Positions 26,899 to 39,533 of a stretch of 64,000 bases of DNA are shown here, piece by piece. The position numbers were made by a program, and so were the translations under genes. Under the pieces are notes generated by a model. That model worked only from the letters and a program-made list of their open reading frames with translations, was not told the origin of the DNA and searched no databases. How positions within the stretch are numbered: the stretch's first letter is position 1; each line of letters opens with the position of its first letter. This DNA is from the human T2T-CHM13v2.0 reference genome, Homo sapiens, in NCBI RefSeq assembly GCF_009914755.1, contig NC_060941.1. The stretch is one strand, 5' to 3'.

Positions 26899-28069
26899 CT
26901 GTGGGCATGAGAGAGCAGAAGGCTGTCACTGAGGACAGGAGGCAGAGGGCTGGCTGCTCTTCTCACCCTGGAGAATGTGGTCCTGGGGAGGGGGTGCCAC
27001 GCTAGCCGTGTCTTGGCTCTTCTACCAGTCCTTTCCTCCGTCCGGGCTCTCAGCCCCGGGGACCCTTCCCTGCTGGCTTAGAGAGGGCTGCACTGGGCTT
27101 CTGCCTTGACTCCGGCCTCCCATACAGGACTCTCTTCTGCCTAGTTCCCAAAAGCTGCCCAAACCCGTCAGCCTCCCAGGACCCTAAACTGAGGGAATAG
27201 AAGCAGCCCCTTGACCTCTACTCCTTTTTACCACATGGCTGGCCCCCAGATCACAACACCGCTCTCCCCACACCCCACTTTTTTTTTTTTAACAAGTCCT
27301 CTCCCTCTAAAAGCCAGCAGGTTGAAGCTTTACGCATCCAGAGGCAGAAAACTAAAGATGGAACAGAAAATGTATCCAGGGTTTTCCAGATGTGGGGAGA
27401 GGGGTTAAGGGAGCCCTGAGGAGAGGAGAGGGTAAGGGTCTTGGCAGAATTGTGCCAAGGGCACACCAAGGCTTTGGCCAACCGGTCGCCCCTGCTAAGT
27501 AACAGTAATCCATGTATACAGGCAAAAGTCTCTAAGAGGACAGAAGAGTAAAAAGGAAGAGTAGAGTTAAGATGATGATCCCAGTTCTCCGTCTTGTACC
27601 CCAGGGAAGACCTGTGTATCCTTCCAGGTTTCTTTAGGCACATTTACAAGTACATACACTTGGACATATAACCTTTTTTTCCTACAGCATCATGATCATA
27701 TTAGCCACACTTTCAGAGTATATACTTAAAAGGTCTTGCTATAGTGGCACAGATATCTTTCATTCTTTTTAGATGACTTTTTTTTTTTTTTAAGCACAGT
27801 CTCTCCACTACCTCTCTTTCCCTAACTCCCTAATCTTTAACACATTGGAGAGAATTTAAGCCAGGGACAAGCACTCACACAAGTGACATCCCTACCCTGA
27901 CAGGCCTGCTTGGGTGGCAGGTCTACTCGTCAGTCCCAGGCTGGGCATTTCCTGACAGAGGTCCAGGTCCGGCAGACAGCAAGGCACAGGAAGTGTCCTG
28001 CTGTGCTCACTGACTGCGTGGGCTGGCGGGGGTGGGGGGCTGCAAATATCCATGTCGGACCTGAGCAGT

Positions 28070-29160
28070 CTCAGGCTTGCCAGCTCCAGGCAGGGAGGCT
28101 GAGAACTGGCTTTCAGCCTGGGGAGGAGTTTGGAGGATTCGGGAGGGAGAGGTTTGTGGGGTTGGTGGTGGCGAGAGAAGAGGACAGGAGGAAGGAGAGT
28201 GTGAAGGGAGGCAAGGGGCTGTGGGCAGAGGGGAAAGGAAGGTGGCCTCGGGTGAGGGGATACTCAGAGACTACTCAGCTGCCTGGGCCAGGCCCCTCTG
28301 CAGATAAGTGTGGCTGGGGTGGTGGTATGCAGGGCTGTGTGGGGCTCCCAGCTGACTGGCTGCGTCTGTAGCAGCCCCACTATTCCTGCCCTGGGCCTCA
28401 AACCAGGAGCGTCCCAGGCCTTAGGTCAGCTAACCAAGGTCCGACATTGCTGGCAGGGGTCTGCAGGGGTTTCTGTGGATACTTTGACATTTTTCACAAT
28501 AAACATCCTCTGTTTTGACACTGGTAACTTCACTTTGTTAGAAACCAGAGACTGTCATCTTGTCAGGCCCCATCCGCCATAATCCACATGATTTTAAAAT
28601 TCAACATCGTTTACACATAAACATTTAGTGACGGTTTCTCTGTGAATCTGACAAGTTAATCTGCTAAGAATTCACACTGACAAATGGGCTTTGATTACAC
28701 CAGCCATTGCTGATGTCATTCTGATAGGGGCGGTCCCCCGGATGGCAATGGGTTCCTGTAGGCTGTTTGGGGTGAAGTCGGGGGTGGGAGGACTAGTAGG
28801 ACCAAAGCCAAAATGTGTCCGTTCTGAGAAAGAAAGTTCTGAGGCTGGGGTGGGGCCCAGCAGTCCTGGAATCACACTTCCCAACAAGGCCTTCAGCAAT
28901 CCTGCCTACCTTTCTCTCAGGAGGTACCCCTCTAGGAAGCTCAGGCTTGCCAGCTCCAGGCAGGGAGGCTGAGAACTGGCTTTCAGCCTGGGGAGGAGTT
29001 TGGAGGATTTGGGAGGGAGAGGCTTGTGGGGTTGGTGGTGGCGAGAGAAGACGACAGGAGGAAGGAGAGTGTGAAGGGAGGCAAGGGGCTGTGGTGGGCA
29101 GAGGGGAGAAGAAGGTGGCCTCGGGTGAGGGGATACTCAGAGACTACTGAGCTGCCGGGG
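28070..29160 (+). repeat. Direct repeat of about 218 bp (28070-28287 and 28940-29160)
   Basis: Manual alignment: about 7 substitutions plus one 3-bp indel. Confidence 0.95.
28498..28503 (+). terminator. Candidate distal HIC1 poly(A) signal
   Basis: AATAAA in a T-rich context, followed by TGTTTTG. Confidence 0.6.
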
Positions 29161-30349
29161 ACAGAACATAACCTCCTCTGTTTGGCTCAGCCAGGTCTCC
29201 TTTTATCACTTTAATGCTCATATCTGGTCCCAAGGGATATGGCATGCAAACCTGGTGGCAGGACAGGACCTCTCTTGAGTAGCGGCTGTGGGCTCGTAAC
29301 CAGCCCCTAGTAAAGAGACTCATGCAGGAGTGAGGGGCTGTGTCTGTATGGGGAGAGGACGCAGGAGAGAGTCAACTCCCAGAGCAGCCTGAACACAAGG
29401 GCTAGAAAGAAACACGCACAGAAAGGAGAGAGCAGCAGAGACGGAAAGGCAATGACAAGAGACCACTTATAGGTAGACAGAAATGAAACGGTGAGAACTG
29501 CCAGCTCTGCAGATGACACAGAGCTGGCAGGTCCTAGGAATTCCTTCCAAATGAAAAAAATGCCAGAATCCTGGGAGCCAGGAGCAGAAAACCCTAGTGT
29601 CACTGACCTGTGGGGTGAGGCATGAAGGCCAGCTCAGGGTTGAGGGTGAGGTGGTCAAGCGCTTGGGTGAGAAACCCAGAGTGGGCCTTTGGCCCAAAGA
29701 TGAGATTCTGCTTACCCCAAAAGGTCTTGAAAACCGGGCTGAGGGCTCAGTCCTCAAGCTCTCACCAACCTCAAACTCTAGCCAGCCTTCAAAGTGCTAC
29801 AGCTTGTGACCAAAGAGACCAGGAAGCAAAGCCCACTATTCACTGGGGAAATGCCTCTGCCCCAGGCCTGAAATAGGGTAAACACTCAGGGGTGAACAGA
29901 GAAGGTAGGAAGGTAAGCATGGCCAAGAAAGGGAAGTGTGCCCCAGGGACCCCTGGGGGGCTGCCCTCAGAGCTGCAGAGGGCTGGGCTCGGGAGACCAT
30001 GGCCAGCACCAGCTACAGTGAATCATAAAGACATTCTTGCTGTCAGACGGAACTCACTGAGGACACCCAAGAAAGGAAACGGATGCATGCGGGGTGAAGA
30101 ACCTCGCGGCCTAGGGCTGGGCTTCCTGGGCTAGGCTCATCTCTAGTTGGCCCAGGGTGCACCTGGCATTCCCTGGGGCTGGGGGAGCCAGGACAGGGAG
30201 GTTGGGCCTCAGGCATACATCAGCCCTGAGCACTGATTCCTTAGACTTCCCAGGCCAGAGTCAGTGGAGCCCTTCTCAGGGGCTGAGGATGGGTAGGATG
30301 AGGTAGGGCAGTGGGGATGGAAGATCCCAAGGCGGAGGCAAAGCTGTAC

Positions 30350-30431
30350 CTTTGCTGGCGGGCATGAAGTCCTTAGCCTTGTCTTTGCAGTAGTGGAGGC
30401 AGCAGGACAGGATGAGATCATCGTTGTTACC
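30350..30431 (-). CDS. SMG6: SMG6 exon 18
   Basis: GNNDDLILSCCLHYCKDKAKDFMPASK; canonical ag/gt; PIN NNDD motif. Confidence 0.96.
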
Positions 30432-30744
30432 CTGGAGGAAGACGTGTGTGAGAAGCACCACTGGGCAGAAGGGGGCGCCATGTGGAGGAGGAGGAGGGAT
30501 CCTCTGCCTCGGGGGCCCTGGGCAGGGCCACCTCCCCGATCCCTCCCATGCATGCGCTGGCCCTGCCTGGCCTGATCTGACTGTGCTACGAGTGACTTAG
30601 GGGAGAAGGAACTCCCCCACCTGGGCCTCCATGGTGGCTGGCCCTCAGCTGCCCAGGCTGATGGGCCTCCTTCAGCCCTTCCTTCCTGGAGACCTTGTTC
30701 TGGAAGCTGGCTGTGGGCTTTCCCTTCCTGCCACAGGGTCTCAC

Positions 30745-30956
30745 CAGCTGGCCAGTGATGTCCTCACTGCGGAAGGCGATGGATTCGAGTTCATTGCCAC
30801 GGCTGGTCAGGGCTCGCAGGCAAGAGTCCCGACTCTCGAATCGCTGCTCGAGGAACTCGATGGACTTGCGGGCCTTCTCTTGTACCACACGGGCGTAGCC
30901 CCCAGCCCGGTGGTCTGTCTCCTGCCCCTTGGCCAGGCCGTCCAGCTCATTGATCA
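30745..30956 (-). CDS. SMG6: SMG6 exon 17
   Basis: INELDGLAKGQETDHRAGGYARVVQEKARKSIEFLEQRFESRDSCLRALTSRGNELESIAFRSEDITGQL. Confidence 0.96.
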
Positions 30957-31521
30957 CTGATGAGACAGAGCCCCACAAGGTATCAGCCTCAGCAATCAGC
31001 TTTCATCCTAGGCCTCTGTCCATTCACTTTCCCAGCCAACACCTTCCCAGACCAGAATCCATCCTTCCCCCACAGGAGTCTTCCAATGAAACTAGGGCCG
31101 GAGGGGAGCTTGTGGGGGCAAGAAGTGTCTCGAGATTTCACAGGGCTCTACTCCCTTTCTGTCTCTTCTCCTGGGCCCTGCCCTCCTCTTGGGAGGAACT
31201 TAAAGGAATCTTCTGGAGCTGCTGTATTTAGAGGAAGAAATCTGGTCCCTCTATTGCATTCCTTGGTTACAGGACTCACGTGAAAGGGTCCCTCAGGAGA
31301 GTCCAGGGTATGCAGCAGCTCGAGGGAAAGGGAGGCGTCCTTCCTTAACTCCTTGGGCCCACACACACTGCAGTCCAGGAGGGGTAAAGTTCTACCCCCA
31401 GCCCCACTGGTGGAGTGCAGGGAGGTCACCATGGAGGAAGGGGCAGTCACAGCCTCATTTGCAAGGCCCTGGTATTTCTCAAGACCAGAACCTTGGCACA
31501 TCTACCTTCTCTGATACTGCA

Positions 31522-31673
31522 CGTGTGTGTGTGCGCGCACGTGTATGTCTGTGTGCGTGTATGTGTCTGTGTGCGTGTGTACATGTATGTGTGTGTGTAC
31601 ATGTGTGTATGTGTATGCGTGTATGTGTGTACATGTGTGTATATGTCTCTGTGTGTGTGTGTGTGTGTGTGTG
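31522..31673. repeat. Compound (TG)n/(TGTA) microsatellite
   Basis: Direct inspection. Confidence 0.9.
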
Positions 31674-31931
31674 CCTGTCTGCCTCCCTATGTGTCTGGGA
31701 CATGGCTTCATTTTCTGGTGAAGATTCTTTCCAAAATTCCAGCCAAAAGCCTGAGGTCAAGTGGGAAATATGTGCTCCTCGGGGGCTCTGGGAGAGTTTG
31801 GGGTCTGAGGCCTCTCCTTAGCGCAGTGATTCATGGCTCAGGGAGCCGGCGTGAGCATGCTGTTCCATGGTGAGCCTGGCACTCATTGTCTGGGTATTCG
31901 GAGACACTTTCTGGAAAGGGCCCATGTGGGA

Positions 31932-31933
<2 letters not shown>

Positions 31934-31988
<55 letters not shown>
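31934..31988. repeat. Perfect (CA)n microsatellite, about 27 units
   Basis: Direct inspection. Confidence 0.95.
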
Positions 31989-31990
<2 letters not shown>

Positions 31991-34070
31991 GCCCATGCTT
32001 TCGGCACCCTGAGGCTGCAGTGTCCACACAGTGCATGGCTGAGGTTGGGAAGCAGTGGTAGATGGGTGTATGGTACAGCAAACAACATCAAACAGGAAAA
32101 ACGGGTATTCTATCCCAAAATCTGCTTTCCTGCTTCCAAACTAAACAGGCTTCAAAGAGGAAGCTTGTTTGTGCTTCTGCACCAGGCGGGGCTTCTCCAA
32201 GCTGGGGTCAGGTCTGCGGAGCACAGAGCAGGTTAAAGAGCACCAGAAACAAGAAGGGAAAGCTGGCGGCTTAACCCTTTGCTGCTCTGGGCACAGGACG
32301 TGAGTCTACCAAGGAAAGCATCAGTAAACAGGAGCCCTCCTCTTACAGCCTCTGGGAGAGTCCAGGAGCCTGCCCAGCTGAGGCAGGTCCAGAGAGGCTG
32401 GCCTGTATGGCTGTAGCACAACTGTCAGTTCCCAGCACCCTTAGGCGTCGTCTCTTTGTCCTGCATGTATCTGCTGGGTTTTCTCATGCGTTTGCTCCCT
32501 CCCCACCGAATCCGGATTTCCTTACTAAACCCTAAGCTCCTCAGGGCCAAGGGCTACAGCCTGCCTTTCACCGGATCAAGAACAAGGAGACTCAGCCCAC
32601 AGCCTGGGGTACGATCAGTCCTGGTGACAAAAAACCCTGGCAGCCTGGGACGGCGTCTGAGGCACCTTACGGCTCTTAGGGGGCTCCTGAGATGTCCACA
32701 GCCTCTTTCAGTTGTACCCTTTCCTGACCATCTAGCAAAACACTTTCTTTCCCCTGAAAAGCTCCTGGGTAGGAAAGCAGAGAGACATATGACCCGGCAA
32801 GGCAGCCCGCCCCAGCGAGGAGAAGGGAAAGCCTGGGACAACGTGATGGTTCTGCTGCCCTGCCTTGGTGACAGAAACTGTTCTACTGTTGAAGAGTAGA
32901 AAGCCTTCCCTTAGGTCTAAGGGCCTGGATTTAAGAGGTTCTGGCCAGGCCACATGGGGAGGGGAAGGAAGACGGGGAGGGTGGAGGCAGGGAGGAGGGC
33001 TGCTTCGGTGCCAACATTCTCAGGTGGTGCTAACGTGTTTCCCACAACCCCCCAGGGTTCTGCAGCCTCTGCAGGGGCGGATGTTTCCTGCCCTTTGTTT
33101 CCACCCCCATCTGGCACTAAGACACTTGGGACTGGGAGGGAAGGCCCAATGGAACATCTTGGCATGGATGTCAAAGGTGGCTTGGCAGGCAGACTGCCAG
33201 TCTGGTGGCTTTTCCAGAAGACAAGGCTCTCAAACTTGCTCCAAGTAGCTGCTGAGAAGGGGATGTGCAAACGCCTGGGCCTCCCAATCATCTCCTAGAC
33301 TCTCTCCCTCCACAGAGGCCATCAGCTAGATATGAGCCCAGAGCCCAGAGCCCACCCTGAGGCTGACCCACCACAGAGCTCCAAGAACTAAGGGTACCCA
33401 GACGGTCCCGTGGAGACGGCCCAGCTGGGCCTCTCTGGCTAGAGGGTGGGAAAGCAAGCTAGCTGGGTCCTGAGATGCTGACCCTGCACCAGCACCAAGG
33501 CCCAGACAGTGGTAAGGGCCCAAGTGGTAGGAATCCACAGGCATGAGCCAAGGGCTTGCTCTGGAGGGTTCCTGCTGGCCTAGCCTTAGGGTGACACTGG
33601 CCAGAAGAATGCTACCTCGAACCAACAGAGTGATCATGAAAAGCTACAAGACAATCAGACCAAAGGCATCTAACCACTTCAAAATCCTCCCAGCCTCCCT
33701 GCCAGACCACCCAGCAGCACTGCCGTTATCTGCCAGGGCTGAGTGTTTACCAATAACGGGAACCAGCTTTGCTGTTTTACTGCAAGCTTTATAAGGATAA
33801 AAACAAGGGCTGGGCTCATGCAGCCTCTGGTTGCTGGGACACAGGAGTCCATTTGCTCAAGCAGTTTAAGCCATGGATCAGCCATGAGAATGTGAACTAC
33901 TTTGATTATTAAACAGTTTTCTTTGCCCCACGCGTTCCCTACTCCCCTGCAAATCCCATCTTACACACGCACAGCAGGGCTCTGCCTGCCTGGCCCCCAG
34001 GCCGTGGGGCGTGTGTGGAGGGGGCTGCTGTGCACATGCAAGGCCGCTCTGCCCTTCCCGCCTGACTCAC

Positions 34071-34224
34071 CGATGAGGGGCACCACCAGGATGTACTTCC
34101 TGCTCTCCAGCAGCCGCGCCAGACTGGCCAGGTGGTCAATGAAGCCGTTGGTGTCTGGTACGAGGAACAAAGGTCTGATTTCGAGCTCCATCTGCCTCAT
34201 CTGACTGTGGTCCTCCAGGACAGC
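34071..34224 (-). CDS. SMG6: SMG6 exon 16 (start of the PIN domain)
   Basis: AVLEDHSQMRQMELEIRPLFLVPDTNGFIDHLASLARLLESRKYILVVPLI; VPDTN catalytic Asp. Confidence 0.96.
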
Positions 34225-34689
34225 CTATGGGGACAGAGTGGTGAATGAGCCAGACAGCGAGCAGGCAAGCAGGTGGGTGAGCCAGGGCCCTGACACTACG
34301 GTGTGTCAGCATCCTGCCCCTAGGAACCTCTTCCCCTCCACAGTAATAACCAGTCCCCGTCGGGTCTCAGGGATAGGCCCAAGGGCTGAGCATAGCACTG
34401 CAATAAAAACAGAGCTCAAGGGGCCCAGGGAATGGCATGGGTACAACCCTGCCGAGGGCTGAGAAAGGATCCTGAGGATATTCAACATAACAGGTCTCTC
34501 AAAGTAAGACTGGGACTCAAATTCAACAAGGGAGAATTAGGTTCCTTAGATATGAAAGTGGTTTCACATACATTATCTAGAAAGCCTACAGAGGAGGTAC
34601 TTTTCAATCTAGACATGAAAATGCAAACAGAATCTGTTATTTTGACTTACTTCACTGTGTAGCTAAAACAAAACAAAACAAAATAAAAT

Positions 34690-34966
<277 letters not shown>

Positions 34967-37900
34967 CTAATAATACGAAATTCTCCTGCAGCAGCAGCCG
35001 AAGTCCGTGCAATGTGATGAATTAAGACTCAACTCATGTGTCTGCAAAGAGCAACACCCAGGTCGATCACAATGGCCCACCACCTTGCCCTTGACCAGCG
35101 CAGTTTCCTAAACACGGGTCTTTTCTGTTCTACCTCTGCTCCTTTGCCACGAATCTGTACCAGCTACACTATTATTTACTCGACGTTTTTCTTTAAACTG
35201 ACTTTGTCACTTTTTTTCTTAGCCTCTTCTTCAGCAACCATATCGTGGTACTAAGCAATTGACAGCCTAGTCATATGCTTACTAGTGCAAGCTAAACTGC
35301 CAAACAAAAAGTAGACAAAAGAATAAAAGCAGAAGAGTCTCCTTGGCCCCACTGTCCCACCGCCTCCTCTAGCACCTCTCACCAAGCACGTGGCCCAGCG
35401 CTTGCCTTCCCTGTGGACTTTCACATTTCTCAGGGAAGTTCCCGAGAGATGCACATTTGCAAAAGCCTGATTTTCTTCTCTGACAGCCTTACACGTGTGG
35501 CAGCGGCCCTTCGAGACCGGCTCTGGGTATGTCTGCCACTACAGAACATGGCCACTACTGCACTGCTTCCTCTTCTGGGGACCATGGCCAAGAATCGAAC
35601 TGATCTGCTGGCATCTGCCCAGACAGCATGCTCCCTGAGTAGGGAGGTGGAGGGCACCCACACAAACCTGGCGGGGCCAGGAGGGCAGGTCCCAGCCCTG
35701 TCACACCCTCTCATGGCCTTCTGCCACAGAGCAACTTGCAGAGACCCAGATGCAGGCACAGGGCTGGGGAAGTGGACGTGCGTGCCAACCGAGATGGGGC
35801 CCACAGTGCTGGTCCTGGCCACCAACAGTCAGTGAGGAGGCTGCTCAGGTTTCACTGACAATGACAGTAAAACTGAAAGGGCATGCCTTCAAATGATGGG
35901 GGTGGCTTCTCTGTGACCTGCCAGGGACCTCTCCCTATGAGTAAGTTGTTGCTGCCACTGCCACCACAGCTGGTAAAGGCACAGGCTACAGAACGCTGGC
36001 AGGCATGAGAAATGCAGCTCAGGGGCCCGCTCTGCTGAAGTCTTCCTACTGATCTCACCTCATGAGAGCAAGGTGCCACTACTGCGGGCTACCTTCCCAT
36101 GGGAGGCGGGGTCACTGACCCTCTACATAGGGCTGCCACCTAGAGGGTGACAGGCATTCCAACAAACCTGGCTTGGGCAGTTTGTAAGAACAGGAAATGG
36201 TCCCTGCTCAGGTTCAGTAAACCCCTCTGCCCTTTCTCCTCTTGCGGAGGAGCATCAGCACTCTCGTTCCTCATTTCTCAGGCCATGCGCTCTCCGTCTA
36301 GCTCTTCTGTTGCCAGGCATGCTCTCCTGGTACCGTGGCTCTCAAATCTGTCTTTCTGGGTGAGCAGGGACAGAACAAGCATGGCTTAGGGAGACGTGGG
36401 AGCAGTGGCAGCTGGAGTGACAGGGGCTGGGGGTCCGGCTCTGCACTGCGCCTCTGCCTCTGCCTCTGCCCCGCAAGTCCACTACCATCTCAGTTCTCCT
36501 GCCTTGAGAAACAACCGTCCAGCCTGGTCTGACTCTATCAAGGAAGTGGCTGCCATTTTTTTTTTTACCCTATGTGAACAGTCAGCTCCTAAGCCCTGGT
36601 ACCATCCTACCTCTATTGCTGGCAATTAGGCAGGAGAGCCTTGAAGCCAGGTGGCTGAGGGATGCTGGGGACAAACTGAGCCTACCTGTGTGTTCTGATG
36701 GCAGGACAGAAGAAAAATCTAGAAGCGAGGTCCAGAGACGCTCTAAATTCCCCGGGTTCTTAGCTCTGGCTTGCAGCTAGAAAGGTGAATAGGCCGCAGC
36801 CTTTCAGAGGGGGCTTCCCTGGGTGTGGGGTGGGGCCAAGCCCCGTGAGGGTGGTCAGAGCTGTGCTGCCATCATCCGGTCCCAGGGACGCCCGCAGACA
36901 ACTTCCCTTAACCTGGCTCTGCCCAGTGAGTCACCAAACAACTGCTTCCTGTTCCCCGCATGCCCTCATGGAGTCTCAGGAGATGAGATGAAGCTGCTCC
37001 CTTTTCTCCTGGGGTACCGGTGGGCCTCTGGGCGGGGGGGTCACACCTGGGTCACAAGACTGGCTCAGTCCCCTTAAAAAGAGTGGCAGGCGGAGGAGGG
37101 CTTCGGAGTCCACAGGCACCCTTCTACGGGTGTCTGCATTTCCGGCCCTTTCTGAGTGGCGCTGTGTGTGTGTGTGTGTTTAGCATCTGCCCTCCCAACT
37201 TTTCCAGATTTTACCCGTCAGATTCCTGGCAGCTGTGCACGGCGCCTGTGCCGGCCGTCACGTCCCATTCCGATCTCTGGGTCGCACGGTAAGAGGAGGA
37301 CACAGGATGCGCAGGGAGTGAAAAAGTGATGTCGGTGGGGAGAGTGCCAAGTCCCCACTCGCAGCCATGGGACACTTGGGGAGCAGGGGAAGCATGCCGC
37401 TGCAGAGTTCAGAGGCCGGTAGTGAGGTTTATTTTTGTTTGTATGAGTAAAAAGCTGCAGAAGCCTCTGGTGGGGGTGAGGGGGGTGCAACCGGAATGCT
37501 GTGGTTCAGACAGACTGGCCCTGGCATGGAGTCAAGCGTGCTGACCCGGAAGGAGAGTTCCACAGGAACCTTCTAACAGCAGCTGAGGTTGGGCCACAGT
37601 GATCCCTGGATAGTGCCCTTGGAACCCAAGCAACACACGGACACTCTGAATCAGATTGGTAGCAATAAGGACCCAAGTTGGCATAAAATGTGGAAGAAAA
37701 AAATAATTCTGTTTCTGGAAGGTGCTAAGTAACTAACTTTCTCTAAGGTATGGGAGTTTCCTGGAGCAAGCTGGCAGAGAACTGGGAAAGAGATCATATA
37801 CAATAATACCTAAGGAGGAAGCTAACAGGCTTGGGTCTCCAGGAAAAACTTTTGCAGGTTAAGTTCCTTCTCTACGGTGGAGATGATCTTATGATGCTTA

Positions 37901-38331
37901 CCGCTGCAAGCTGAGACACTGAACATTACAAGTAACAGCAATTCAATGAGCTGACACAGGAGGTGTGGCACTTGGAGAACCTGGATCATGAAGCAGAGCA
38001 AGACCAGGAGAGGGCCTTCTGAGGTCTTCCTTCTGCTTAGGGGCTCCCATAGGGAGTGCGGCTGCTTCCTTCCCTCTACAGGGTGAAGAATCATTCATCC
38101 CTGAGCCTCTCTGGCCAGAGCAATGTCTTCAACAGAAATTAGAAGCTTTGTAACACAGGAAATTTCCACATTCACCTTATATATGAAAGTACCTAGCAAA
38201 GTGCCTGACACATATTAGTAACTCAATAAATGCCAGCTTCCTTTCTTCCTTCCTAACTCTATTTTTTATTTTCTACATATCCAGAGCATAAATATCAGGG
38301 GGAAACCACCAGGAAATAGAACTGGGGATGA

Positions 38332-39533
<1,202 letters not shown>

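Noticed and set aside
31415-32236. Cys/Val and His/Thr repeat ORFs
   Set aside because: Translations of (TG)n and (CA)n microsatellites
35014-35046. Possible C/D-box snoRNA (GTGATGA box C)
   Set aside because: No suitably placed CTGA box D or terminal stem, and it is antisense to the host intron
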